Below, piece after piece: positions 1 to 13,060 of a stretch of 64,000 bases of DNA (the first letter of the stretch is position 1; the number at the start of each line of letters is the position of its first letter). The notes beneath the pieces were generated by a model. The model worked only from the letters and a program-made list of their open reading frames with translations, did no database searches and was not told the origin of the DNA. The position numbers were made by a program, and so were the translations under genes. Origin of the DNA: Felis catus (lineage: Eukaryota); contig NC_058368.1 in NCBI RefSeq assembly GCF_018350175.1, positions 26,166,001 through 26,230,000 of the forward strand, in the 5' to 3' direction.

Positions 1-716
1 CAGCTCTCATTGACCACCTTCTGTGAACAACACACCGTTGTGTGTCGAAACATTTTACCGCGCTCCTGTACAAAGGAATTGGCAACATCTGACAAAACTA
101 CATATACGTTTACCCTTTGACCCCGCAGTGCTGCTTCTAGGAATTTACCTTGAAGGTAGATCTCCATTTGTGGGAAACACTGTATGTACAAAAATTTTTC
201 ATTATGGAAATTTTGTAATAGAAAAATTAGGAAGCAACCTAAATGTCCATTCTTAGAAGATGGTTGAATAAACTACAAAACACCCACATAATGGAATACT
301 ATATAACCCTAAAAATATTTGAAAAAGATAGTTATGAGTTGATGGATTTCCGATATGTATTGCTAAGAGAAAATAGAAGCAAGGCACAAAAGCGTACATA
401 ACGTGCTAGCTTCTATGAAAGGAAAATATAAAATACTATATTTGCTGATTTTTGCACAATGAAACATGCAAAGCATATGAACTGGAAATTAATGAAAATG
501 TCTACTTTCAGGATATGGGGGAAACAGATGGAAGTGATAGGGATAGAGCAAAGCATCTGAAAGTTTTAACTTGAACCATGTCTTCTACATACTCAAAAAT
601 GAAACTAAATTTAAAAGAATGAAACCAAGCATTCAAATTGAATGCAAATATAAACAAATGAACATAACTGCATATCAAATTGGTAACCTAACCACAGAGA
701 CAAAAGAAATCATCCA

Positions 717-942
717 GGGGTGCCTGGGTGGTTCAGTTGATTAAGCATCTGACTTTGGCTCAGGTCATGATCTCACGGTTTGTGGGTTTGAGCCCCGCAT
801 CCAGTTCTGTGCTGACAGCTCAGAGTCTGGAGCCTGCTTCAGATTCTGTGTCTCCCTCTCTCCCTCTGTCCCTCCCCTGCTTGCCCTCTGTCTCTCTCTG
901 TCTCTCAAAAATAAATAAACATTAAAATACTTTTTTAATTGA

Positions 943-1001
<59 letters not shown>
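717..1001 (+). mobile_element. CAN-SINE with (GAAA)n-expanded tail
   Basis: GGGGTGCCTGGGTGG head, CT-rich tract, AATAAA tail; TSD aaagaaatcaYcca at 703-716 and 1002-1015. Confidence 0.93.
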
Positions 1002-1006
<5 letters not shown>

Positions 1007-1008
1007 AA
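941..1008 (+). repeat. (GAAA)17 microsatellite
   Basis: Direct reading. Confidence 0.97.
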
Positions 1009-1090
1009 TCACCCAGGTAGCTCTGAAGCCAGGACTCTGACTACCCAGTTAGTAAGAAATGTTCCAAGGCCAAAGAGAAACAAGGAAATT

Positions 1091-1313
1091 AAAAAAAATT
1101 TTTTTTCTTTAAATGTTTATTTATTTTTGAGAGAGACAGAGACAGAATGTGAGTGGGTTGGGGCAGAGAGAGAGGGAAGCATAGAATCCGAAGCAGGCTT
1201 CAGGCTCCAAGCTGTCAGCACAGAGCCCGATGTGGGGCTCGAACTCACAAGCCAGGAGATCATGACCTGAGCTGAAGTCGGACGCTCAACTAACTGAGCC
1301 ACCCAGGTGCCCC
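1091..1313 (-). mobile_element. CAN-SINE
   Basis: T-rich tail on left, ends CCACCCAGGTGCCCC. Confidence 0.93.
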
Positions 1314-1330
1314 AAGAAACTTTAAATTTT

Positions 1331-1559
1331 ATTATTATTTTTTTTAATTTTTTTTTCAACATTTATTTATTTTTGGGACAGAGAGAGACAGAGCATGAAC
1401 GGGGGAGGGGCAGAGAGAGAGGGAGACACAGAATCGGAAACAGGCTCCAGGCTCCGAGCCATCAGCCCAGAGCCCGATGTGGGGCTCGAACTCACAGACC
1501 GCGAGATCCTGACCTGGCTGAAGTCAGACGCTTAACCGACTGCGCCACCCAGGTGCCCC
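1331..1559 (-). mobile_element. CAN-SINE, young felid type
   Basis: CpG-rich body; TSD gaaactttMaatttt at 1316-1330 and 1560-1574. Confidence 0.95.
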
Positions 1560-1618
1560 GAAACTTTCAATTTTAGTAAATTTATTGTCAGAATTTATGT
1601 TGGTGTTGTAATTATGAA

Positions 1619-1622
<4 letters not shown>

Positions 1623-1666
<44 letters not shown>
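1623..1666 (+). repeat. (TG)22 microsatellite
   Basis: Direct reading. Confidence 0.97.
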
Positions 1667-1668
<2 letters not shown>

Positions 1669-1814
1669 GATGAAGAGAGTAAATGAGTAATTACACTAAG
1701 AGTGGGAACTAGAGAGCTCACACTGTGAAATAAGCAAGACTGATAACATGAAATTGGGGGAAATGAAGGAAAACCTGTGGTTTGGGTTTGAATTTAAAAT
1801 ATCAGTATACATTC

Positions 1815-2030
1815 TTTTTTTTTTTTTTTTTAACGTCTATTTATTTTCAAGAAAGAGACAGAGTGTGAGCAGGGGAGGGGCACAGAAAGAGAGCGACACA
1901 GATTCTCAAACAGGCTCCAGGCTCCCAGCTGTCAGGACAGAGCCCAATACGGGGATCAAACTCACAAACCGTGAGATCATAACCTGAGCCAAAGTCAGAT
2001 GCTTAACCAACTGAGCCACACAGGTGCCCC
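1815..2030 (-). mobile_element. CAN-SINE
   Basis: Poly-T, GA tract, ends CAGGTGCCCC; flanks attctttttt. Confidence 0.92.
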
Positions 2031-2896
2031 AATTCTTTTTTTTTTTTTTTTTAAATTAAAGAGATTTCCTGACCTGTCCACTGAAAGGGCCTAAAACCAA
2101 TGATATCCTAGAAGAAATGAGCATATACAACACCCAAATTTTGCCTTGTAATTACCATTCTCCCACTAAAAGGAACCAGGGCTACTTGAGTAATGGCTCA
2201 TGTTAGAGCTGGTAGAATAAAAGTTTAAGGTAAATATGGAGTATCTTGTGTCATAAAATAAGGAGTATGCAACGCTAATGGAATTAGTGTCAAAATATCA
2301 CAGAAATGAACTTCACAGTTTCCAGCTAGTCAAATTTGGCACAAATTGAGTATAAAAAAAGCATATGCATAACATGTTGAATTTTAAAAATCGATGAGTC
2401 TATGCAGACTTAAAAGAGAGAGATATAGGAGAACAAAGTGCTGAAACACACAACGTGGATGAATCTCAAAATGAAGCAGAGTGAAAAAGTCCAGACACAA
2501 TGGGTTACATACCACAGGATTCCATTTATATAAATTCTAGAAAGCGAAGACTAATTTAGAGTACAGAATGCAGAGCAGTAATTGCCCATGGATGGGGTTA
2601 GAGGAAAGAGGGTGAAAAGAAACTTATCCCTTAAGCAACTGCACTGTGAGGAGCAAACTAAAAAGGAAATCAATACATTAGGTCTGACCTTAGTTCTCTA
2701 AAATGGTAATTTGGAGGAGCTACCTGAGGCCAAGAAGACCTCCTTGGCAGTAGATCTTGACATATGAATGGAATAAAAATCTCAATCATATTGCTACTCA
2801 CCGGATCTGTGCTATTGGTAGAGGACAACTGACGACATCCTGGTTCTAATACTGGGTACCATTCCGTTGGAATATTTTGTTACTGGTGAGATTGAA

Positions 2897-3090
2897 TTTT
2901 TTTTTTAAGTTTATTTATTTTTGAGAGAGAGAGCATGAGTAGGGGAGGGACAGAGAGTGAGGGGGCAGAGGATCCAAAGCGGGTTTTGCGCTGACAGCAA
3001 GGAGCCCGATTGGGAGCTTGAACTCATGAACATAAGGTCATGACCTGAGCCGGAGTTGGATGCTCAACCAACTGAGCCACCCAGTGGCCC
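2897..3090 (-). mobile_element. CAN-SINE
   Basis: Poly-T tail, SINE body, diverged head. Confidence 0.9.
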
Positions 3091-5649
3091 GATTGTTATT
3101 TTAAACAGTATATAGTTGTTTTCAAATAGAGTCTTTCATGGTTCCATTTTTTTACAGTAGGCATTGAGAAATAGCAGTTTCTATTCTACCCATGTACAAG
3201 TCATTACTTCCAATTTCGATGTTTTATCATATTGAATATTTACTGAGTTCTGTTGTAAATCATGAAGCATGTAAATACTGTCACAAGAGAACAAGATTAT
3301 AAACTACTGTTATCACGCAGATTCTACTGTGTGGAGAACCCATCTCATCAGTCACTTAGGAATCCTACGTGTAAGATTTACAGTCCTTGCAAGTGGAGCT
3401 TTAGAGGTTTTCGTATGTGATTGAAGTGTCCATCCATTAGTGCCGTTACCCAGTAAGTGCCCTGCGCTGAGTAGAAATGTGGGGCGGCGACCCCAATGCA
3501 CTCGCCTGGTGTGTACAGAGGCCAGCATGTGGGCTTGCCGCACGGTGAAAGAAGATGCAGCCTAATTCAAGGGCTGACACCCTCAATGAGCGAGAGCCCC
3601 CATGCTGGAGAGGAGTTTGGTGTTGCCGTGGTTCAGGGTTTTGGATTGTCTAATGCCCCTAGGAGAACACCATGTGCGATGCAACCGTGGCCGCTGTCCT
3701 TGATCACACCCTTGGGGTGAAGTGCTCCATGTTCTGTTGTAACAGAGGTGAGTCATCCACCCAGGGCACTTCTAGATCTTTCCAACAGGGACTTGGGCTT
3801 TCACCTGTGTGCATCTGTTTCTTCCCGTGCAAATCCGGTCCGGGCTGCCACAGAGCACTTAGAGCCTTGCGGAGGAAACTGCAGCCTCTACTTCGGCTTC
3901 ATCCTTCATAGCCCATCGCTCTCTGCGACAAGGTGTACCTTGCTCTTTCTTTCCGATGGCTACTGCGGGATGTAAACCTAATCTTTAAAGTCTGTCTTAG
4001 GTAAAGAGTTTGGGGGGTGCTTGCTGTTTAACGCAAGCAAGTGGCACCTCCCGGGAAAATGTGAATAATTGCAATTTACAAAATTATTACAAATAAAGAC
4101 AATAATTACAAAATAATTGATTTACCGTGTAAATTTGCATCTCATTTCATTTAACTTTAAACATGGGGAGCTGGCGTGCACAGCTGCCTTTTTCCTTTAT
4201 TTTTCAAAAGCAGAGGCTAGATTGTTCTGTTTTCAAGGTGGCAAGTTGTTGATCGGGAGATCACAGTCGCTCTGACCAGGGGGCGGAGTCTTCTCCTTGC
4301 TGCCCTCTGTTGCCAGGGCATCTTCTCCTTTGGGTTTGGGGCGCCCATCCCCAGCTTCCTTCTTTTTCCTCCTTACTACACCGTATAGTGACTGAGCAAC
4401 CTCCAAGAGCTAATTTGGGAGGAGTTGAGGGAGTTCCAATGGGGTTTTGTATTTATGATTAATTTCCACTAGCCTAACAAAGATGATGGATGTCACTGAA
4501 TAACACATCCAATTTTTGAGGCTTGATATTTGCTAACTGTGTAGCCAGGCCCCTTTGGCTCTCATTGAAGGGGAAACTTAAGCTATTAACTGAGAATAAG
4601 TGACTCATTTTGAGGTCAAACAGTAAATCAGGGATAGAATGAGAATTAAAAACCAACTCTAAAGAGCTGCAAAAACAGACTTAAAGAGGAAAAAAGGATA
4701 CAGTTTAGGAAGATTGCTCTTTCTCCTCTGGTTACAGTGACAGACAACCTTGGCTTTGGATTATTCTCAGAGATTAATAATTCATTTTGAACCTCAATAA
4801 TGAATTAGAGTGTTCATGGGCACAGCATCTTTGTGTGACAGTTCCGTGCTCTGCTCTAGATGGAAACAGATTTAAATGGTTCACCAATCTCTGCCCACTC
4901 TGCCGTCTGCAGGGTTGAAGCACTTCAACCTAATGCCACAAGAATTTATTTAGCACACGTTGCATCCTCTAAAACAAATATCAGAAATTTAAGTAAGACC
5001 CAATCCCTGTCCATAAGGAACTTAGAGTCTAGTGATCTGTTCCTTACCTCAAATTATTGTTTGAACCACTCTCTTTTTGACTTATACAATCACAAGAATG
5101 GAAATTAGACTTTGACTCTAAAGTATCAAGAATACACAGTGTTCTTGAAGGCACAATTGCTTGTTTTTCATTCAGCCAGATGAACTGGAGAATGCCAACA
5201 TGCACACACTGACATCAGTGGCTGCCCTTCAGTTGTAGACTTGGAAAGCATATTCTAAATCCTCTAGTGAAATGTTTTGGCAGGCATTTTCATCCAGATA
5301 TTATTAACAACAACACTAAAACAATCCACACATCAATTCTGACTCTCAGGGAGGTCCTGGATGGAAATGTTAGCGACTGGAGTTTCAAGTGCTTTTGTCC
5401 AACCAAATCTCATGTCCCAATCAGTCATAATCTTTTAAGTAGCTTTTCTGTTTGGGGGTAAATAAAGTAGCATAGGCATTTCCTTGTCCAGCCATGTTTT
5501 GCATTTTTCATTACTGTGACATTTTTGGAGGCTATGACTGATTCATGACTTAACGACATAAGAATACTCTCAATAGCCAAAGGCTATTGGAAAAAATATC
5601 ATACAAGTGTGTAACCAACTAGAAATCTGAAGGAGCGTGGTCTGTGCAG

Positions 5650-5860
5650 TCCATTCATTCAACAAATATTTACTAAGCACTCTGCTAGACCTGGTGTGTC
5701 TTAGACCCATGACTCAATCTCTTTGGGCCTCGGCTTTCCTCATCTGTGAAATGGGAATAATGATGCTTACTCCATAGGATGATGGTGGAGATTAAGGATG
5801 GCAGTTATGTGAAAGTTCCCAGGCCAGGATCTGCATAGGGGAGGTACTTGGTAGATGTGG
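5650..5860. mobile_element. L2 tail plus MIR fragment
   Basis: cattcattcaacaaatatttact (L2 end); ggcctcggctttcctcatctgtgaaatgggaataat (MIR core). Confidence 0.7.
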
Positions 5861-6594
5861 TTTCCTGTCATTGCTAGGGGAGAACATATTAATGAAATGT
5901 TCCCACTTTATTCAAGTTGCGTTCCCCACCTCTGTCTTCACCTTTAACAGATGCAACTTTGGGGACTTCTATAGAAAGAAAATAGAGGTCATTGCTTGGG
6001 AACACCTTCACCTTCCTGTCTTCTGACCTCTCAGACTGCTCTCAGCCTTACTTACATGGTCTCAGAGCATCACCATCTTTCCTGCTGGCCAGATTAAGTC
6101 ATCATTCTGTGCTCTGGAGCCTATTCCTTCCCAGTTAAGGACCTCTTGTCTTCCAAAACTTCTTTCTCTTCTTATCCTTGGTGACTTGACTTTCTGTGTA
6201 TGAAGAAGCTTGACCCTCCTCTTCAGCTCTTGAGCCCCACTTTGACCACAGCCCCCTCTTCTTTACTTTAAAGCTTCTGGAAGGACTGGAGATGTCTCAC
6301 TTTCTCACCCACTGTTTGCTTCGCATGCCACAGTGCTCTGGCTTGTCTTCCTGACACCACTGGGATAACTCTTGGTAAAGTTAGCATTCATTTCCAAGCC
6401 TACTGAATTTCATTTCACCTGTTCTTCATGGCTCTGTATGACTTCTGAAACTGCTTTCCTTCTGGAAACTGCTACTCCATTAGCTTTGTGGTGTACTATG
6501 TTGGTCCTTCTCTTCCTTCCTTGGCTGTTCCCGGCAGCTCCAGGGGCTCCTCATCCATGATGCCTGATGATGGAAACCTCAGTGTGTGCGGATA

Positions 6595-6739
6595 GTTTTC
6601 TATGCACTTTACATAAACTATCACATTTTAGTCTTCACAACAAACCTTTAATGAGTACTAGCATTTCCTCCTTTTATTAACAGTGAATGTGATGCTAACC
6701 CATCTGCCCAGAGTGACTCACTAGTAAGAACTGAGGCCT
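6595..6739 (-). mobile_element. MIR, interrupted by the L1 at 6740; resumes at ~9271
   Basis: MIR-like antisense core continuing as gattcaaacccag after the L1. Confidence 0.6.
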
Positions 6740-8553
6740 TGCAGAAAAAGCATTTGACAAAATACGGCATCCTTTCTTGACAAAAACCCTCAAGAAAGTA
6801 GGGATAGAAGGAACATACCTCAAGATCATAAAGGCCCTATATGAAAGACCCACAGCTAATATTATCCTCAATGGGGAAAATCTGAGAACTTTCCCCCTAA
6901 GGTCAGGAACACAACAGGGATATCCACTCTCACCACTGTTATTCAACATAGTGTTGAAGTCTTAGCCTCAGCAATCAGACAACAAAAAGAAATGAACAGC
7001 ATCCAAATTGGCAAGGAGGAAGTTAAACTTTCACTCTCTGCAGATGACATGATACCCTACATGGAAAACCCAAAAGACTCCACCAAAAAACTGCTGGAAC
7101 TGATACATGAATTCAGCAAAGTTACAGCATACAAAAATCAATGTACAGAAATCACCTGCATTGGATGCAGTGGAGAAAAAAATAATGATGCAGTGGAGAA
7201 AAAAAAATCAAGGAATTGATCCTATTTACAATTGCACCAAAACCCATAAAATACCTAGGAATAAACCTAACCAAAGAGGTGAAAGATCTATACACTGAAA
7301 ACTATAGGAAGCTTATGAAAGAAATTGAAGAACACATAAAGAAAGGGAAAAACATTCCATGCTCACGAAGAGGAAGAACAAATATTGTTAAAATGTCAAT
7401 TACTACCCAAAGCCATCTACATATTCAATGCAATTCCTATCAAAATAACACCAGAATTCTTCACAGAGCTAGAACAAACAAATCTGAAATTTGAATGGAA
7501 CCAGAAAAGACCCTGAATAACCAAAGTAATGTTGAAAAAGAAAACCAAAGCTGGAGGCATCACAATTCCAGGCTTCAAGCTGTGTATTACAAAGCTGTAA
7601 TCAGCAAGATAGTATGGTACTAGCACAAAAACAGACACATAGACCAATGCAACAGAATAGAGAACCCAGAAATGGACCCACAAACGTATGGCCAACTCAT
7701 CTTAGACAAAGCAGGAAAGAATATCCAATGGAAAAGATAATCTCTTCAGCAAATGGTGCTGGGAAAACTTGACAGCGACATGCAGAAAAATGAAACTGGA
7801 CCACTTTCTTACACGATTCACAAAAAGAAACTCAAAATGGATGAAAGACCTAAACATAAGACAGGAAGCCATCAAAATCCTTGAGGAGAAAGCAGACAAA
7901 AACCTCTTTGACCTCAGCCGCAGCAACTTCTTATTTGACATGTCTCCAGAGGCAATGGAAACAAAAGCAAAAATGAGCCATTGGGACCTCATCAAGATAA
8001 AAAGCTTCTGCACGATGAAGGAAATAATCAGCAAAATTAAAAGGTAACCAACGGAATATAAGAGGATACTTGCAAATGACACATCAGATAAAGGGTTAGT
8101 ATCCAAAATCTATAAAGAACTTATCAAACTCAATACCCAAAAAGCAAATAATCCAGGGAAGAAATGGGCAAAAGACATGAATAGACACTTTTCCAAAGAA
8201 GACATTCAAATGACTAACAGACACATGAAAAGGTGCTCAACATCACTCATCATCAGGGAAATACAAATCGAAACCACAATGAGATACCACCTTACACCTG
8301 TCAGAATGGCTCACATTAACAACTCAGGCAACAACAGATGTTGGCGAGGATGTGGAGAAAGAGGAACCCTTCTGCACTGCTGGTGGGAATGCAAACTGGT
8401 GCAGCCACTCTGGAAAATAGCATGGAGGTTCCTCAAAAAATTACAAATAGAACCACCCTACAACCCAGAAATTGCAGCACTATCAACAATAGCCAAAGTA
8501 TGGAAAGAGCCTAAATGTTCATTGACAGATGAGTGGATACAGAAGAAGTGGTG

Positions 8554-8557
8554 TATA

Positions 8558-8601
<44 letters not shown>
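8554..8601 (+). repeat. (TA)n expansion inside the L1
   Basis: Direct reading. Confidence 0.9.
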
Positions 8602-8605
<4 letters not shown>

Positions 8606-8812
8606 ATAGAATATTACTTAGTGATCAAAAAGAATGAAATCTTGCCATTTCCAATAACATGGATGGAACTAGAGTATATTATGCTAAGTGAAACAAGTCA
8701 GTCAGAGAAAGAGAAATATCCTATGATTTGACTCATATATGGAATTTAAGAAACAAAACAGATGAACATATGAGGAAGGGAAGCAAAAATAAGATAAAAA
8801 CAGAGAGGGAGA

Positions 8813-9023
8813 GGGGCGCCTGGGTGGCTCAGTCGGTTGAGTGTCCGACTTCGGCTCAGGTCACGATCTTGCGGTCCGTGAGTTCGAGCCCCGCGTCAGG
8901 CTCTGTGCTGACAGCTCAGAGCCTGGAGCCTGCTTCAGATTCTGTGTCCCCCTCTCTCTCTGCCCCTCCCCTGCTCATGCTCTGTCTCTCTCTGTCAAAA
9001 ATAAAATAAACATTAAAAAGAAC
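8813..9023 (+). mobile_element. CAN-SINE nested in L1 3' UTR
   Basis: TSD aaaacagagagggaga at 8797-8812 and 9024-9039. Confidence 0.96.
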
Positions 9024-9305
9024 AAAACAGAGAGGGAGACAAACCATAAGAGAGTCTTAAATACAGAAAACAAACTGAGGGTTGCTGGGGGGATGTTGGG
9101 TGAGGGATGGGTTAAATGGATGATGGGGATTAAGGAGGGAACTTGTTGGGATGAGCACTGGGTGTTATATGTAAGTGATGAATCACTAAAGTCTATTCCT
9201 GAAATCATTATTATACTATATGTTAACTAACTTGGATTAAAAACAAAACAAAAAAAAAGAACTGAGGCCTGATTCAAACCCAGTCAGCCAAGCCCCAGAA
9301 GCCCC

Positions 9306-9503
9306 TTTTTTTGGAAACTTTTTAATGTGTATTTATTTTTGAGAGAGAGAGAGAGAGTGAGCAGAGGAGGGGCAGAGAGAGAGAGGGAGACAGAGGATCC
9401 AAAGCCGGCTCTGTGCTGACAGCAGAGGCTTGAACCCACAACCTTGAGATCATAACCTGAGCTGAAGTCAGACACTTAACTGACTGAGCCACCCAGGCGC
9501 CCC
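9306..9503 (-). mobile_element. CAN-SINE
   Basis: Ends CCACCCAGGCGCCCC; flanks ccagaag. Confidence 0.9.
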
Positions 9504-11952
9504 CAGAAGTCTCCCTTATTAGCACCTAAATGTTAGCTTCCCCTCAACCCTTTCTATTAATTTTAACACTTCAATGATCTTTATCTCACCTTTGTGTTCT
9601 CCTAGATCTATCTAATTTACTAGCAGATTTTAATGATTGCCTACCTACATATTGATGACTCCTGGGTCAGTCCAGACCAGGAATCAGACTCCAAACTGGA
9701 ATTGGATGTGCAAGAGACTTTTTTTTTTTTTTTTTGAGAAAAAGTCTTTGAGAAATGCCTGTAAGGGATAAAGGAGAGAGGGAGAGCCTTCGGACCCTCA
9801 TGCCGATCGCGCCTTTGTGAACTGGAGCCAGGACAAAGGATCAGGTGGGGAGAACCTCGGATTGCAGTGTGGCCCTGAGAAAGTCTGTGTTGGGGAAATC
9901 CCCCAGGGTGATCCATGCTCCGTCACCCCAGGGGAACGGCCCAGGGAGGTGGGGATCCTGGAGCACCACGGTGGGCGGCGGTCAAGGAGCAGAAGGCTGT
10001 CCGCCAACTACATTCCTCACAGCAGGTTCTCTGGGGCGGGGGGACCGGAGCGGTACACCTCTGTCCTCACCACAAAGCCCCCATCCACAGTCGGTCCTAA
10101 CCTGTCTTTGAATTTCAGTCTGATACAACTGCTCGCTTCCCATGTCTATCCTAGTCCCCTGAAACCTCAGGCTCAGCATGTCCAGCTCTCTACCCATTTC
10201 AGAGCCTCACCCCTGAAAATTCCATATTCCCTACTTCAGTGTATAGGATGGCCACCCGCTTGTCATCTGAAGCCCCCTTTCCCCTTATGTCTGCATATAC
10301 AATCAGTAACTAAGTTCTGTGGATTTTATGTCCTACATTTCTATTAAATTGGCTGGTCATCTCTTCTCCATACATACTGCTGCTGCCTCTGTTCGTTTGG
10401 AGCCTCGTCGCCTCACTCTGTTGGAAGAGGTTTCCATCTGGTCCCCTCATTGGGCCCCCTCCCACTGCACTGCCAGCAGAGTGATCTTTCCCCTACACAC
10501 CCCATGCACCCAGGGTGACGTAGTGGGTGCTTAGAGGTGAGCCCCAAGTGCTAGGGAATTCAGTGCCTGCTGGAAGTTCAAGGAAGGTTTCCTAGAGGAA
10601 AGTACCTGGAAAATCACAAAGTAGATGACCAGCCCCTGTTTCAACAGAGGATTGTTCACTCAGCCATGATTGTTCAGGGCCAAGAAAGGTTTAGTCATAG
10701 GAAAGTTTCATGCTGCTGTTGCAACAGCAAATCGCTAAAGGCAAATAAGGAAGGCGCTTCAATTTCCCTGAAATCTGAGGACCTTTAGGCTTGGGATTTC
10801 TGTCTTTTAAGTGCAGTCATCATTGACACATATCTGTTGGATGGGATTCAAGTTCAGCCACCGACTGCCATAGTGCTCCCTGACCTCACCTCACACTTCC
10901 CATCTCCTTTGAACTTGAGAGGCAAACTCATTCTTACCTCTCTTCAGGGAGGGATTGTTTATTGTTTCTTCGAAGAGAAACCCGAGAAGGCCAACAGTGT
11001 GGGCCTCTTTGCAGGTACAATGAATTCTTGATGGGTCTGAGAAACAACTACCTAACAGAATCTATTTCAGTTTTCAAGGATATCAAAGAACTTGAGAAAA
11101 TCACCCAAGTTTTGAGTATTTTGAGTTTAATTTCAGGACATGTCAATAGAGATATTACTCTAACATACTCTGGAGGATACTAGATATTTTGCTCTGTGAA
11201 CTGACTTGTGAAAATTTAATCAGCTAGCTTACACTTCCAGTCTCAGCCCTCCCAGGATACAGAAACGAACACTATGAACACTTTGCTTCTTCCAGAAGAA
11301 ATGTATTCCTCATTTGCTTGAGACAATGTAATAGAAGCTCTGATAGAGCAGATCAATAGATACATGTGAAGATGCTATAAGGTATAAATAATGCCAAATA
11401 TCAGCCTTATGATTTTGATACCTAAACAGAATTTCCCTAGAGGATTTCATTTTAATAACAAAGCGCTTATGAGCTTGGTTCATATTCATGTTTATTTTCT
11501 AAAGGAAATGATCCCATTATCTTCCTTTTGACTGTGGGAGGACAGGAGAGAAACAGCAGGAGAAAGACAGCTGAAGGAAAGGTCGCGAATATCGATTTGA
11601 TTGTTCAGGCAGGTGATTAACTGCCTCTGCAGAGGCAGCCCCAAGGGCCATGGAAGCCGTTGCTCAATTTAAGACTTTCCCAAGTTTCCCTCCTTGTTTT
11701 TGAAACCTGATCTTTGTTTCACAGGCATACATGGGTAGCTTGATAACTTCATATTGTGGGGTGTAATTTTTCCTCCAGATTCAAGACTAGCAAAGCAGGT
11801 GATAGCTCTATGCACAGTGCATCTCCGTGCTGGTGTTTGTCTTTGCCTGCCAAGGTGGGAAGCAACAAGAGCTAGTAGAAGATGCCCAGAAAGATCAGAA
11901 CTGAGAAACACAGGTAATGAGAGGAGACGGGCTGTGCCTGCCATATTCATTC

Positions 11953-12182
11953 TTTTTAATTTTTTTTTAATTTTTTTTTCAACGTTTATTTATTTTTGGG
12001 ACAGAGAGAGACAGAGCACGAACGGGGGAGGGGCAGAGAGAGAGGGAGACGCAGAATCGGAAACAGGCTCCAGGCTCCGAGCCATCAGCCCAGAGCCCCA
12101 CGCGGGGCTCGAACTCACGGACCGCGAGATCGTGACCTGGCTGAAGTCGGACGCTTAACCGACTGCGCCACCCAGGCGCCCC
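11953..12182 (-). mobile_element. CAN-SINE, young felid type
   Basis: All CpGs retained; TSD tattcattcttttt. Confidence 0.96.
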
Positions 12183-12929
12183 TGCTATTCATTCTTTTTT
12201 AGAGTACTGGATTAATCCCCGTACAATTAGGCACTTTCCTGGTGGGCCAAACTACTGTTTTTTCTAGAATCCAGTTAGCTGAGACATCTTGGCATATCAG
12301 GATCTGTTGCAGAATACGTGTCACCCCAAGTACTACAAGTAAAGTTCTGGTTTTATTAGTAGCATCCGTTATTATTGTGAAATAAATGTGAGCATGATAA
12401 TGGTTATTCTTAAAATAACATCTTTCTCACTCCTGTCCATTCCAATGAGCTTCCCTGGAGGAGGGGTTACTAATGGGCCCAGGAGAATAGGAAATCACTT
12501 TACAGCTCCTCTTCTTGGGGTTTTGTGCCCGAGCACCTCATCTGCGTTGGGTGCCATGGGGAGAATACAGTTGAGAACTGCCTGACCTTGGGGGGATCTC
12601 CCGGCCTCTAGGCTGGCTCACGCCCATCCTTATATGTGGCAATTTCTTCTCTCTTCCTTCTCACCTTGTAGTCTGACCACAGGTACTAACACAACACAAC
12701 GTTCACTCAGCTCTTATACTTCAGATGAGCTCCTTCTGAAACCTGTCACTGAATTGTCTGGGCCTAGCCGGCTGCCTCCACCAGGGAGCCGCATCTCTGC
12801 CCTCATGGCTCCAAACATCCAAGGGAAAGAGGGAAACAGACCCTGTCACCTGGCTGTTCCAGGACACCACCATTGGGTACTTAGCATACCAGAAAAATTG
12901 GCAGTGTTTTTCCTTTTTCAAGTAATAAG

Positions 12930-13060
12930 CATTTAAACCCCATCTCTGCCATTTAAGTGCTATGTGACCTTGGGAAAGTTTCTGAACCTCTCCAGGGCTC
13001 AGTTTTCTCACCTGGCAAGTGGAAATACAATAGGGTTGTTGTAAGGGTTAGGTGAGGTCA
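12930..13060 (+). mobile_element. MIR (split by LTR)
   Basis: tgtgaccttgggaaagtttctgaacctctc...ctcagttttctcacctg core. Confidence 0.75.

Larger units (their letters stand above)
60..2610 (+). mobile_element. Old degraded L1 3' fragments (L1MC/ME-like) interrupted by SINEs
   Basis: ORF2 C-terminal relic LPFDPAVLLLGIY near 100-150; L1-like 3' UTR sequence at 2060-2330 and 2445-2600. Confidence 0.6.
6740..9256 (+). mobile_element. 5'-truncated carnivore L1 (ORF2 RT to 3' UTR), disrupted
   Basis: ORF2 peptides ([26 protein letters not shown]...HCWWEC) in shifted frames; A-rich tail; TSD aagaactgaggcct at 6726-6739 and 9257-9270. Confidence 0.97.

Noticed and set aside
6777..8731. Reverse-transcriptase-like ORFs as a functional enzyme
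   Set aside because: Truncated L1 ORF2 broken by frameshifts, stops and a deletion; no promoter or ORF1
9641..10534. Cluster of overlapping ORFs including 176 aa at 9817
   Set aside because: Locally GC-rich stretch among probable L2/LTR relics; no recognisable domain or exon structure
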